Source: Candidatus Obscuribacteraceae bacterium
Lineage (GTDB): Bacteria; Cyanobacteriota; Vampirovibrionia; Obscuribacterales; Obscuribacteraceae
Reading direction: 5' to 3'
NCBI GenBank assembly: GCA_044229845.1
Contig: JBGASG010000014.1
Span: 9,047-73,046, forward strand
DNA: 64,000 nucleotides
Positions 1 to 9,773 of this stretch are shown here, one piece after another. The notes beneath the pieces are model-generated. The model was given only the letters and a program-made list of their open reading frames with translations. It did no database searches and was not told the DNA's origin. The translations under genes were made by a program, and so were the position numbers. Within the stretch, counting starts at the first letter, position 1; the number at the start of each line of letters is the position of its first letter.

Positions 1-2
1 TT

Positions 3-548
3 AAGGAAGACGATCCGACGATTCCCGTATCGCCGTATGGTGTCAGCAAACTGGCCGCGGAAAACTATGCGCGCGTCTATCACGATCTGCACCAGATACC
101 AGTGGTGGTGGCACGACCATTTTCAGTCTACGGACCCGGGCAGAAGAAACTTTTGATCTATGAGTTTCTCAATCAACTTCTGCAGAATGAGAAGGAAGTG
201 CATCTGCGCGGCGATGGCTCGCAGATGCGGGACTTCGTCCATATCGATGATTTGATCGAGGCACTGCTTCTGGTGGCAACCCAGGGCGACTTCACTGCCG
301 AGGCATACAACATCGCCTCCGGTGAATCGATCACAATCGCGCAGCTGGTTGACCTCTTGCTGGAAGTTACTCAGCAAAGCCGCCACGTAGTTTTCTCAGA
401 AGCAGCCGGTCCCGGCGAACCGCAGCGCTGGTCGGTGGACATATCAAAACTGGAAGCTCTCGGTTTCAAGTGCAACGTCTCACTCAGAGATGGACTGGAG
501 CGATTGAGTTCCGCATTTCTAGCCGCGTCAGAGAATGCTTATGTCTGA
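3..548 (+). CDS. NAD-dependent epimerase/dehydratase (extended SDR), 5' part outside window
   Basis: Frame open from window start: PVSPYGVSKLAAE (YxxxK), then RPFSVYGPG, GDGSQMRDFVHIDD, YNIASG. Confidence 0.9.
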   Translation, partial: KEDDPTIPVSPYGVSKLAAENYARVYHDLHQIPVVVARPFSVYGPGQKKLLIYEFLNQLLQNEKEVHLRGDGSQMRDFVHIDDLIEALLLVATQGDFTAEAYNIASGESITIAQLVDLLLEVTQQSRHVVFSEAAGPGEPQRWSVDISKLEALGFKCNVSLRDGLERLSSAFLAASENAYV

Positions 549-715
549 TGTGATGGCTCCCTGACGAACAACATGTTGACGACCGTGATCATATTGCGGC
601 AACACGGCAATTGTTGTGTAGCTAACACTTTCTCAAAAAACGCTAGGCAGAATCGGCAGTCCCGTGCATGATGGAGGTAACCTGCCGCAAACACTTCCCC
701 AGGAGAGTCGTATTG

Positions 716-961
716 ATGTCGACTCCGAGATTTGACCACATCCTGGACCTTGCCGTTCAGAGTGAAGACGCGCTTAACTTCGCTGAGGCCGAGGCGCATT
801 TGAATAGCGCAGTGACGGCAGCCATCAAAGGGACCAATAGCCATCAGTTGCTGGTAGCCTATTATAGATTCGGCGCCTACTTGCGCCGGCAGGGTCGTCA
901 CGAGGACGCTGATGCAATGGAAAAAATGGCTGAGGTTTGCGCAAAAAGTGTGAGCGGCTGA
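716..961 (+). CDS. Small helical, TPR-like hypothetical protein
   Basis: AGGAG at 701-705 before ATG 716 (inside ORF 668..961); AYYRFGAYLRRQGRHEDADAM looks like a TPR helix pair. Confidence 0.55.
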   Translation: MSTPRFDHILDLAVQSEDALNFAEAEAHLNSAVTAAIKGTNSHQLLVAYYRFGAYLRRQGRHEDADAMEKMAEVCAKSVSG

Positions 962-1172
962 TCTCGGCTCGGCTCGCTATTTGACTCGCCATCCTCGTCA
1001 TGCACGTCTCCGCCTCGGCGGGCAGCGCATTCATTCAACCCGCCACCATATATGATGCGCCGCGGCGAACGGAAGCGCCGAGGCGCTTCTCTCGAAATGT
1101 ATTCTGCACGACGTTCCAACAAGAACGATTGGAAAACAGGCACCGAAAAATAACGCAGACTGTGTAGTGTAG

Positions 1173-1628
1173 GTGTATGAGTCCGTCGAACCCTCCACAC
1201 AGGTCTGCCTACCTTCACTTGCTCTGCAGATGACCATTCACTCTGCCTTGATTTTGTCTTTTGCCAGCACCGCCGAGGATCTACCAGAGAGCCCGCTGGA
1301 ATTCCAGTTCGATTTGCATTACGCAGAGAGCCTGGAGGCGTGCTTCGTAATCGTTGCCGCCGAAGACGTCGACTTGATTTTGCTTGATGCCGACTCGTGT
1401 GGTGACAAGCTGTCGATTATCAGGCAGCTGCTTCAAATCAATGAATCGACAGCGCACATCCCCATTCTGCTTATGTCGTCTCACCCGGAGGAATTTCGGG
1501 ACGCAATGACTCAGCACGCAGTAGATGGCGTCCTATCGAGCCTACTACCGAAGCCCGAGATGGCGGAGCGCCTACGGGAGCTGTGCGCCTTGATCGAACG
1601 CGAAAGTCCGTCGCAGACAGAACAGTAG
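1173..1628 (+). CDS. Stand-alone, atypical response-regulator receiver domain
   Basis: VDLILLD, STAHIPILLMSS and VDGVL segments match the CheY-like fold; start uncertain. Confidence 0.65.
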   Translation: MYESVEPSTQVCLPSLALQMTIHSALILSFASTAEDLPESPLEFQFDLHYAESLEACFVIVAAEDVDLILLDADSCGDKLSIIRQLLQINESTAHIPILLMSSHPEEFRDAMTQHAVDGVLSSLLPKPEMAERLRELCALIERESPSQTEQ

Positions 1629-1905
1629 CCAGCAAAAGGACTGCTTGTTGGACACCACATTCTGCGCATCTGTTTTGCTGAGCGGAAATTAAAGCGCACT
1701 TTATAAAGCAGGCTGGAAGGATTGTTTGCGATCAGGACAACCGGCTGGTAAAAGGAATAGGCTGGAATTGCTGTGAGCAGCAGAATGATAGATTGCAGAT
1801 CAAAGCGTTGGAACCTCCGCCACATGCCGCGCCAAGCAACCAAGTTAGAAAGCGCGCTTCGATTCGCACCAGGCAGCGTAGCTCCGTCATCTTCGGAGGG
1901 CGGTC

Positions 1906-3084
1906 ATGGCTGAAAGGAAGAATTTGCGCGTAGGGATAAGAGTGACCGGCGGTAAGCAGTGGATAGCCGGATTTCACTATTTGAAAAATCTGTTTATAGC
2001 ACTTCGCAACGCAGGCGAAAACCTTGATTTGATCCTATACGCCGCACATGAAACCGATCCGACAGAATTACAAGTGTTTGCAGCGTACGCAAAGGAAATC
2101 ATTGAGTACGCAGAGTACAAGGACGACGAAGTGCGGCAGTTCTTGCAGAAGCAAAGCCTCGATTGCGTCTTTGCCACAGCCGACTATGGTGAGAGCCTGG
2201 GACTGCCCCTGCTTTCCTGGCTGTTCGACTTCCAACACAAAGACATGCCCGAGTTATTTCCCAAACGCGATCTGGACATTCGCGAGAGCATGTTTCAGCG
2301 CGTCTTAGAGCGCGCCGACATCGTCATCCTCAGCAGTGATCATTCGCAGTCGGCTTGCAGAAAATACTATCCACAGCACGTCCACAAGACTCGAGTGATG
2401 CCGTTCGTTGCCCACGTCCCGGGCGAGATGTTGAAAGTAGATCCGGCTGCGGTAGCCCGAAAGTACCACCTGCCCGACAGATTTATCTTCCTCCCCAATC
2501 AGTTCTGGAAGCACAAAAATCATGATGTTGTAATCGAAGCCGTCAAAAACGCCGTCAAGCAAGAACCATCACTGGTAGTGGCGTTGAGCGGAACGCCTGA
2601 AGACACCCGCGATCGCTTTTATGGTCCTTACCTTCGCTCAAAGATTCAATATTACGGATTGCAGAGCCATATCAAAATCCTCGGATTGATACCAGAAGAG
2701 GATGTCTTTGCGTTGATGCGCTCGTCACTGTGCATTTTGCAGCCATCTTTGTATGAGGGTTGGAGCACCGTAGTGGAACAGGCAAAGGCCCTAGGAAAAC
2801 CAATTTTACTCTCAGATTTGGCAGTCCATCGCGAACAGAATCCAGAAAAGGCAACCTATTTCGATGCTCTCGATCACCATCATCTTTCAAAATTGCTCGT
2901 TCAATTCATGCATGAAGGTTCCCCCGGGCCGCATCACGCTGCTGAGTCTGCGGCACTGAAAACGCTGCACGATCGCTCAGTGACTGTTGGACTCACATTT
3001 AGTCACCTGGTAACCGAGACCATTGAAAAATTTCACGAGCAGCTAGCTGACCGCACAGCTCAGTCTATCGATAAAATCAAATAA
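1906..3084 (+). CDS. Glycosyltransferase family 4
   Basis: DFQH, PNQFWKHKNH, PSLYEGWSTVVEQA (Ex7E-like), SDLAVHRE; GGAGG RBS upstream. Confidence 0.9.
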   Translation: MAERKNLRVGIRVTGGKQWIAGFHYLKNLFIALRNAGENLDLILYAAHETDPTELQVFAAYAKEIIEYAEYKDDEVRQFLQKQSLDCVFATADYGESLGLPLLSWLFDFQHKDMPELFPKRDLDIRESMFQRVLERADIVILSSDHSQSACRKYYPQHVHKTRVMPFVAHVPGEMLKVDPAAVARKYHLPDRFIFLPNQFWKHKNHDVVIEAVKNAVKQEPSLVVALSGTPEDTRDRFYGPYLRSKIQYYGLQSHIKILGLIPEEDVFALMRSSLCILQPSLYEGWSTVVEQAKALGKPILLSDLAVHREQNPEKATYFDALDHHHLSKLLVQFMHEGSPGPHHAAESAALKTLHDRSVTVGLTFSHLVTETIEKFHEQLADRTAQSIDKIK

Positions 3085-3120
3085 AGGCAGCACTTGAGAA
3101 TTGTCACGCCTTCGATATTG

Positions 3121-3375
3121 CTAGATGCAAGCAGCATGCGCCGAGAGAGGATCGCAATACAGAAGTTTACCGGAGCTGCGGACGCGAAAACGGCCAGATG
3201 CCACTCTGTCGACTTCCTGTCCATCCGTCAATCGCAGCCATTTGCGTCCTTCCACGATAGAGCGTCCACCAGCTACAGTCACCTCTAAAAGCTCAACGTA
3301 CAGATTCACCATCGAAAGCGTTTCATCACCGTCTAGTACTTCAAAGGACAGCCTATGTTGAACTTGCGTCTTCAT
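3121..3375 (-). CDS. Hypothetical protein (84 aa)
   Basis: ATG start 16 nt downstream of the 3392..4495 gene on the same strand; no motif recognised. Confidence 0.45.
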   Translation of the reverse strand: MKTQVQHRLSFEVLDGDETLSMVNLYVELLEVTVAGGRSIVEGRKWLRLTDGQEVDRVASGRFRVRSSGKLLYCDPLSAHAACI

Positions 3376-3391
3376 TACGTTCTTCCAAATT

Positions 3392-4495
3392 TCAAGGCAA
3401 TAGTGAGTTCACCGTCTTCATCTTCAAATCCAGGACATCAAACACCTGCATTTCGGCAATCTCTTCAAAGCGCTTGTCTGGACCGGCAAATGTCAGTTCA
3501 CCTTGAGCAGAACGTGCCTCTCTGAACTTTGCTTGGACAAACCGTGCGTTTTGAAGAAGTTGACCGGCAACTTTGTGCACATGGCTGTTACGAACGAAAT
3601 AGGCATTATTTCCTGCATTGTTGCAACCGACAAATGTATAACCTTTCTCTTCAGCCAAATTCATCAAAGCCCCAAGCGAAGCTCCCCAATAGAGATTGGA
3701 GTGATGGAAGCTCGTCCTTTGAAAGTCAGGCATGTAAGGTATGGTTACTGCGCTTCCTTCGCCGAAAGTACTGTTGAATTCGCAAATTACGACAACTGGA
3801 TCGACCGAATTTATTGCTCGCCATACCCAGTAGTCGTTGCCGTCAATATCTATGCTGAGCAGCCCAATTGGGCCGCTAAAACCGTTGTCTGTGAAAAGCT
3901 TGTTGATATTGTCGGCGTCGATGAAAGCGCAGACCGCAGTGAGATCGTGCCGCCAATAAAAGTCTTGCTTTCGTATCCACTCCAGGTTTTCTGGTGAACC
4001 ATCGATAATCAGCCCGCTCCAGTTTCGATGCTGCATGAGGAATCTGGTATTGGATTCCATGTAGCACTCGACGCCGAATTCGATGAATTTTTCTTGTTCG
4101 ATCTCCAAGGTCGAAACCAGATACTCAATTATTCCATCGTCACCGAATTGAGAAAACACCTTAAACTCGACATCTTGGAGCGAGTTTATGGCATGGGGGA
4201 TCTGACCGCATTTCACTTTGCCTGACGCAAATGTGACATGATCCAGATGCTGGTGCAGTGCATCGATTCGCAAATGCAGTGGGCGAAAGTCAGGTTCTAT
4301 AGGCGCCGGCAAATTCAGGACATCGACTTCCAGGCTAGTCAGTCGTTGATGCATGGAATCAATTTTGCGGTCGAGATTCTGCACGCCCTCAAGTAGCATG
4401 AGGACATGCGAGGGCGTGTGCAAGAGAATCTTCAACCAATGTCGTAGTTTCGTCAGCATCGAGCATATTTTACGAGCCCTGGTTTCCATGCGCAC
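3392..4495 (-). CDS. FkbM-like putative methyltransferase with N-terminal coiled coil
   Basis: SQFGDDGII, FIEFGV...ESNTRFL, WSGLIIDG, LLSIDIDGNDYWVW, GASL..L, NAYFVR. Confidence 0.75.
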   Translation of the reverse strand: MRMETRARKICSMLTKLRHWLKILLHTPSHVLMLLEGVQNLDRKIDSMHQRLTSLEVDVLNLPAPIEPDFRPLHLRIDALHQHLDHVTFASGKVKCGQIPHAINSLQDVEFKVFSQFGDDGIIEYLVSTLEIEQEKFIEFGVECYMESNTRFLMQHRNWSGLIIDGSPENLEWIRKQDFYWRHDLTAVCAFIDADNINKLFTDNGFSGPIGLLSIDIDGNDYWVWRAINSVDPVVVICEFNSTFGEGSAVTIPYMPDFQRTSFHHSNLYWGASLGALMNLAEEKGYTFVGCNNAGNNAYFVRNSHVHKVAGQLLQNARFVQAKFREARSAQGELTFAGPDKRFEEIAEMQVFDVLDLKMKTVNSLLP

Positions 4496-4600
4496 CCAGG
4501 ACTAACTCGAGTTAATTTAATGGACTGTCGAATGTAAAGCGGATTTAGAGTCCCGAACGCGTCCCTGTGTAATAATTCGGCTATCTGACGGGATTTTGAC

Positions 4601-5572
4601 ATGCCGATTACAAATAGCAGCAGAACGATTGTCACAGGCGGCGCTGGATTTCTAGGAAAAGCAGTGATCGCCAGATTGAATGAGTCTGGTTTCACCAACA
4701 TTTTTGTACCGCGCAGCAAGGACTTTGACCTCACTGAGCAGTCGCATGTGCGCAAGCTCTATAAGGAAAACAAACCAGACTTAGTGATTCACCTAGCCGC
4801 AGTCGTCGGCGGTATCGGCGCCAACCAACAAAACCCAGGGAAGTTTTTCTACGACAACTTGATGATGGGCGTGATGCTTATGGAAGAAGGCAGACGCGCC
4901 GGACTTGAGAAGTTCGTTGCAGTGGGAACGATTTGCTGCTATCCGAAATTCACTCCAGTGCCGTTCAAAGAAGACGATTTGTGGATTGGTTATCCGGAAG
5001 AGACCAATGCACCTTACGGACTGGCGAAAAAAATGTTGCTAGTGCAGTCGCAAGCTTATCGCGATCAGTACGGATACAACTCCATCTACCTTATGCCCGT
5101 GAATCTGTACGGTCCGGAAGACAATTTTGACGACAACTCGTCGCATGTAATTCCGGCCTTGATCAAGAAATGCGTGCAAGCCAAGGAGAGCGGATCGTCA
5201 TATATAGAACTCTGGGGAGACGGCAGCCCCACAAGGGAGTTTCTCTACGTGACCGATGCTGCAGATGGTATCGTCACTGGTGCTCTAAAGTTCGATTCAT
5301 CGCAACCCATAAATCTCGGTTCAGGGGAAGAAATCTCCATCAAGGACCTGGCTGAGCTAATTGCTCGTCAGGTTGGCTTTGAAGGAGAAGTGCGCTGGGA
5401 CACGACCAAACCTAATGGTCAACCGCGACGCAGGCTGGACGTTTCACGCGCCAAGAGCGAGCTGGGCTGGGAAGCGAAAGTAAAACTTGCAGAAGGCATT
5501 CAAAAGACGATCGACTGGTACACAACTAATGAAGCAACGGCTGAGAACAGAGCTCCTGCTGTAGCGCGTTGA
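4601..5572 (+). CDS. fcl: GDP-L-fucose synthase
   Basis: [77 protein letters not shown]. Confidence 0.92.
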   Translation: MPITNSSRTIVTGGAGFLGKAVIARLNESGFTNIFVPRSKDFDLTEQSHVRKLYKENKPDLVIHLAAVVGGIGANQQNPGKFFYDNLMMGVMLMEEGRRAGLEKFVAVGTICCYPKFTPVPFKEDDLWIGYPEETNAPYGLAKKMLLVQSQAYRDQYGYNSIYLMPVNLYGPEDNFDDNSSHVIPALIKKCVQAKESGSSYIELWGDGSPTREFLYVTDAADGIVTGALKFDSSQPINLGSGEEISIKDLAELIARQVGFEGEVRWDTTKPNGQPRRRLDVSRAKSELGWEAKVKLAEGIQKTIDWYTTNEATAENRAPAVAR

Positions 5573-5575
5573 AAC

Positions 5576-6454
5576 ATGAACACCGCAAGTTTACCGAGAG
5601 TATCGATAGTGACACCATCCTACAACCAAGGATGGTGCATCGAACGCACAATTTTGAGCGTGCTCAAACAAGACTATCCAAACATCGAATACATCGTTAT
5701 GGACTCGGCCTCAACCGACGAGACCGGGGCAATCCTAGAACGCTTCGCTGGACGAATTGACAAAATCTGTAGAGAGAAGGACAAGGGACAGTCGGATGCA
5801 CTAAACCGTGGGTTCAAGATGGCGACTGGACAGATCTTAGCTTATTTGAACTCAGACGATTGTTATGCGTCGAAAACCGTCGTCAGCGACGCCGTCAATG
5901 CTTTGACCAGCGATACCAACATCGATGCGGTTTACGGACGTCGCTACTTCATCGACAAGGATGGCTTTTTTACTCGCTCTTATCCCCATCGTGGCTTCGA
6001 TGCTGATCTCCTCAAAAAGTCTTGTTACCTTCCACAGGAATGCTGCTTCTGGACTCGCGAAATCTACGAGCGCGCCGGCGGATTTATTGATGAAAAATTG
6101 CGCTTCGCCATGGACTACGAACTATGGCTGCGTTTCTTAAAATATAACGGAAGATTCAAGTCATTAGACCAAGTTTATGGGCTATTTCGATGGCACGAGA
6201 ATCAAAAGTCGCAAGACCTCTGGAAACAGGTGGCATTACCCGAGATCGCTGGTTTGCATCAAAAGTACTGCGATCAGGTCATGCAAGAACTGGATATGCA
6301 AGACGTCCATGAGCAATATGATTTCGGTGTAAGCTTCAACACTAACTCGCGCGCCTTTCAGCTCGCCGTACGCCTTTTGCGGCACAAGAACGAATTCGCC
6401 CATGGTTCGCTTGCCGACACGCCTTTGGATTATTGGGTCTATGCAACTGTATGA
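5576..6454 (+). CDS. Glycosyltransferase family 2
   Basis: VSIVTPSYNQ, SVLKQDYPNIEYIV, GQSDALNRG, YLNSDD, MDYELWLR. Confidence 0.92.
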   Translation: MNTASLPRVSIVTPSYNQGWCIERTILSVLKQDYPNIEYIVMDSASTDETGAILERFAGRIDKICREKDKGQSDALNRGFKMATGQILAYLNSDDCYASKTVVSDAVNALTSDTNIDAVYGRRYFIDKDGFFTRSYPHRGFDADLLKKSCYLPQECCFWTREIYERAGGFIDEKLRFAMDYELWLRFLKYNGRFKSLDQVYGLFRWHENQKSQDLWKQVALPEIAGLHQKYCDQVMQELDMQDVHEQYDFGVSFNTNSRAFQLAVRLLRHKNEFAHGSLADTPLDYWVYATV

Positions 6455-6475
6455 AATTCGTGAACCATGAGATAA

Positions 6476-7030
6476 TTGCTTGACATGAAAGCTCTATTCA
6501 ACAAAATCTATTGGACTATCTTCGGCCCGGTGTATAACCGACTCTCGAGGGACGTGTCGCTGCGCATGCAAGAACTGGCACGAGTGCAGGTCGAGTTTCA
6601 GGAGAAGTGGTCCGTCACCATCTCAGATGAGATAATCGCTCTCAGTATGAAGGCTGGCGACCCGGGCAATGCTTTAGAACGCTCGCAACGAAATTATTCC
6701 CTATATGAAATAATTGACATAGCGGGACGGCTGCAGAAGTCCGGAGATCTGGTGCAGCTGAGCGAACAGCTAAGTATTCCACTGGACGAACTAGCGGCAC
6801 TCTACATGAAGTACGGTCACGTCAATCGGGCCGGTATCGCGCGCATTTTCGAACTCGAGCAACAAGTGAAAGAGCTGGGCCGCCTATCGACACCGGTATT
6901 GGCGGCTGTCGAACAGAGCGTCGGTCTGGTATCAAAACACCCCGGACACATGTACTCGCCTTTCTCGGCGAGCGGTTGTGGTGGTACGCACGGCGAATCG
7001 TCGCAGTCGCAAGCCATCGCAGGCGATTAG
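6476..7030 (+). CDS. Hypothetical protein with an IS3 OrfA-like HTH/leucine-zipper segment
   Basis: Fills the gap between two GT2 genes; residues 72-137 resemble the IS3/IS407 OrfA pattern (see findings); start may be ATG 6485. Confidence 0.6.
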   Translation: MLDMKALFNKIYWTIFGPVYNRLSRDVSLRMQELARVQVEFQEKWSVTISDEIIALSMKAGDPGNALERSQRNYSLYEIIDIAGRLQKSGDLVQLSEQLSIPLDELAALYMKYGHVNRAGIARIFELEQQVKELGRLSTPVLAAVEQSVGLVSKHPGHMYSPFSASGCGGTHGESSQSQAIAGD

Positions 7031-7036
7031 AATGCA

Positions 7037-7915
7037 ATGCCAGGCGAGCTGCCACGTGTATCGATAGTCACCCCTTCATTCAATCAGGGGGAGTTTATTG
7101 AGCGCACAATCCTCAGCGTCTTGCGACAGGATTACCCAAACATTGAGTACATAGTTTTGGATTCCTTGTCCGCCGACGGCACTGCGGAAATTTTGGACCG
7201 CTACAAACACAGGATCTCCAAGATTATTCAGGAAAAAGATGCCGGGCAGTCGGACGCGTTGCACCGCGGATTTGCCATGTCGACCGGCACGATCATGGCT
7301 TATTTGAATGCCGACGATTGCTTCGCCAATGCCAGCATCGTCAGCCACGCAGTCGAGCAGATCACGCGAGCCAGTGCCGATGTCATCTATGGCCGCCGTT
7401 ATCGGATTAGCTCGGAAGGGTATTTTCTGGACTGCTACCCCTACCGTCCTTTTGATGGCGAACTTCTTAGACAATTCAATCTAGTGCCACAAGAATGCAC
7501 CTTCTGGACGAGAGACATTTACGAGCGAGCGGGCGCCTATGTGGATAAAGACCTGCATTTCGTAATGGACTACGATATGTGGCTGCGATTCTTACAACAT
7601 GGAGCACGGTTCGAGTCGGTAGATAAGGTGTACGCGTATTTCCGTTGGCATGCGCAACAAAAGAGCCAGGTGATCTGGAGAGAAGTGTGCCTTCCCGAGG
7701 TGGAAAAAATACAACTCAGAGAAAGCGGTGATGCCACCAGCTGCGGTGAGATGGAAGTGTTGCATGAGTCGTTTTACTATGGTGCAGACGCAAAGACATT
7801 TCCTCACTCACACGCTATCGCTGAAGGGCTGTGGAAACAGCAATCACACTATGCGCGCCAAATGTTTGCCGACACTCCGCTGGATTGCTGGGTTTTCGCC
7901 AGCGGACTCGGGTAA
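7037..7915 (+). CDS. Glycosyltransferase family 2 (paralogue of 5576..6454)
   Basis: VSIVTPSFNQ, GQSDALHRG, YLNADD, MDYDMWLR; same length (292 aa) and shared ADTPLDxWV C-terminus. Confidence 0.92.
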   Translation: MPGELPRVSIVTPSFNQGEFIERTILSVLRQDYPNIEYIVLDSLSADGTAEILDRYKHRISKIIQEKDAGQSDALHRGFAMSTGTIMAYLNADDCFANASIVSHAVEQITRASADVIYGRRYRISSEGYFLDCYPYRPFDGELLRQFNLVPQECTFWTRDIYERAGAYVDKDLHFVMDYDMWLRFLQHGARFESVDKVYAYFRWHAQQKSQVIWREVCLPEVEKIQLRESGDATSCGEMEVLHESFYYGADAKTFPHSHAIAEGLWKQQSHYARQMFADTPLDCWVFASGLG

Positions 7916-7931
7916 CAGCACGGCGATTCCC

Positions 7932-9644
7932 TTACCGCTGTGATTGTCGATTGTGGTAGACGCAAAGCATTCCCCTCGGACTGTTTACCGCTTTCAGCGC
8001 CTTCCATCGCGAGTCTTGGCGTACCTGCTCTGAGACATAGATAGCAGTGCATTCGCTGTACGAATTATCGAATTTCCCTCTGGCCTCTTCTGGGCGGGCG
8101 AACACAGCAATCAGATCTACCGTTCGGCAAACTTCTTCGTATGCGGCCTTTGCCACATCGCTGGCAGACTTGTTGGGATAAAGACCCTTCATGTGATACT
8201 CGTGTATGCTGAAGCAAGCAGACTCAGGGCAGTAGATGCCATATTTGTAGAATGCCTCGAGTTGCGGGTAAATTGTTTGCGTGTCAAACTCAAGAAACGA
8301 TTTCGAGCCCGTCGAGGCGATCAATGAGGCCAACTCGACGTCAGTACTCTTCTGGAGTTGATGCTGACCGCCAGGATTATTGGTGATCCTGCGAAAGCGG
8401 TCGTATGAAAGAGCGGCGGAAGTAATGTTTAAGGCTAAGAGCGACAGACAAGTGCCTGCCACGAGCCAGCGACGAGAACCGTCTATCGGTCCAGGTACAA
8501 AAGCCATTATGGTCACAGCCGGCAGAAAATACGCAAGGGCGTGCTCGCCACCGGCAATGCGGCACACTAGACACGTCACGAGCACTAACGATAACGTAAA
8601 CCACAGACAGACGAACGCGGGTCTCCAATTTTCTCTGCGTCGATCCCAATTCGCCAGATTGATCACCGAAAGAGTCAGTAAGACGGCCAGGACAGGCAGT
8701 CCAAACATTGCGAGAAGAGACACAGCAGTCCACTGCACGGATTCGATAACCGTATGGTTAAGTGCGCAGCCTGCTACTTTGTAATAAGCCCACGAAGTCG
8801 GAAATGAGCTTATTGCAAATGCCATGCCGGGCAGCGCTCCCAGTAATGTGCATCCACAGGACAACACTCGCGCTTTCAGAGAAAGCTCTTTACGAGATAG
8901 CACCACGGGCAGTGCCAGGCACGAGAATGCCGCAACGTGAATAGTCGACCACCATCGGCAGAGAACGGTGGCCGACAAAAAGCAGCCGAAAGCGAACACC
9001 CAGCGCTTTTGACCGGTCTCATGAAAAAACAAGAGCGAAACCGCGGCACAGCCAAGCGCGAAAGCGGCGGTCAGGTCAAGCCAGAACGCGGCAATTCCGT
9101 GCATGGGATCGTAGAGAAAGGGCATTGCAATGAAGGTAGTCATGGCAGTCAGCGCGAACAGCACCGAAGCGGTGCGGCGAGCGACCAGTGCCCCGAACAA
9201 CACAAGGAGAGAAAACAAGAAAGGAATTTCTGTCCACAAATGTCCCGACTCTTCAATTAGCAATCGAGGAGCAAGCATAAGGTAGGGCAAGGTGCGCAGA
9301 GGGCAGCGATCATTAGATAAAAAATCGCTGCAGATAGTAGCCCAAGCGCCCTGCTGCAAGTACGCATGGTAGAGGGCAATATGCCACTTCAGATAAGCGG
9401 CGGCATCATAAAAATAGCCGTAATTCCGGACAAACAAGTTTTCCAGTCTGCAACATGACCAGACCAGCCACGCCGTAATAACAACGGCACACAGAAAAAT
9501 GCTGCTTCCGCGAACAATTCCCAGCGGCGGACAATCGGAAACAAAATTGGCAGACCCACTCAGGCCCGAGCCGCAGTGCTCGTCAGCTGTCCATTGTCCA
9601 TGTCTACGCAGCATCCCTCGCCTGCATTTTGAAGCGCTAAGCAT
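7932..9644 (-). CDS. Polytopic membrane protein, putative GT-C-fold glycosyltransferase (paralogue 1 of 5)
   Basis: Many hydrophobic segments then a soluble C-terminal domain; NYGYFYDAAAY, PLRTLPYL, FLYDPMHGIAAFWLD. Confidence 0.7.
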   Translation of the reverse strand: MLSASKCRRGMLRRHGQWTADEHCGSGLSGSANFVSDCPPLGIVRGSSIFLCAVVITAWLVWSCCRLENLFVRNYGYFYDAAAYLKWHIALYHAYLQQGAWATICSDFLSNDRCPLRTLPYLMLAPRLLIEESGHLWTEIPFLFSLLVLFGALVARRTASVLFALTAMTTFIAMPFLYDPMHGIAAFWLDLTAAFALGCAAVSLLFFHETGQKRWVFAFGCFLSATVLCRWWSTIHVAAFSCLALPVVLSRKELSLKARVLSCGCTLLGALPGMAFAISSFPTSWAYYKVAGCALNHTVIESVQWTAVSLLAMFGLPVLAVLLTLSVINLANWDRRRENWRPAFVCLWFTLSLVLVTCLVCRIAGGEHALAYFLPAVTIMAFVPGPIDGSRRWLVAGTCLSLLALNITSAALSYDRFRRITNNPGGQHQLQKSTDVELASLIASTGSKSFLEFDTQTIYPQLEAFYKYGIYCPESACFSIHEYHMKGLYPNKSASDVAKAAYEEVCRTVDLIAVFARPEEARGKFDNSYSECTAIYVSEQVRQDSRWKALKAVNSPRGMLCVYHNRQSQR

Positions 9645-9674
9645 ATCCGCTAGAATAGCTAGATCTGACTGCTC

Positions 9675-9745
9675 GGGTCTTTAGGCGGTTGTAATGAGAG
9701 CGCGGCGCTTTGTCAGCCACCCTCATTACAACAGGCTAAGGACTC
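9675..9745. repeat. Imperfect 24-bp inverted repeat between divergent paralogous genes
   Basis: Perfect core GTTGTAATGAG (9688-9698) / CTCATTACAAC (9722-9732); arms 9675-9698 and 9722-9745 pair at 20/24 positions (hand count). Confidence 0.85.
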
Positions 9746-9773
9746 TCTAATGCGTTAAAGCTATTGTTTCTGC

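Noticed and set aside
6476..7030. An intact IS3 element
   Set aside because: No DDE OrfB, terminal inverted repeats or target duplication seen; only an OrfA-like segment
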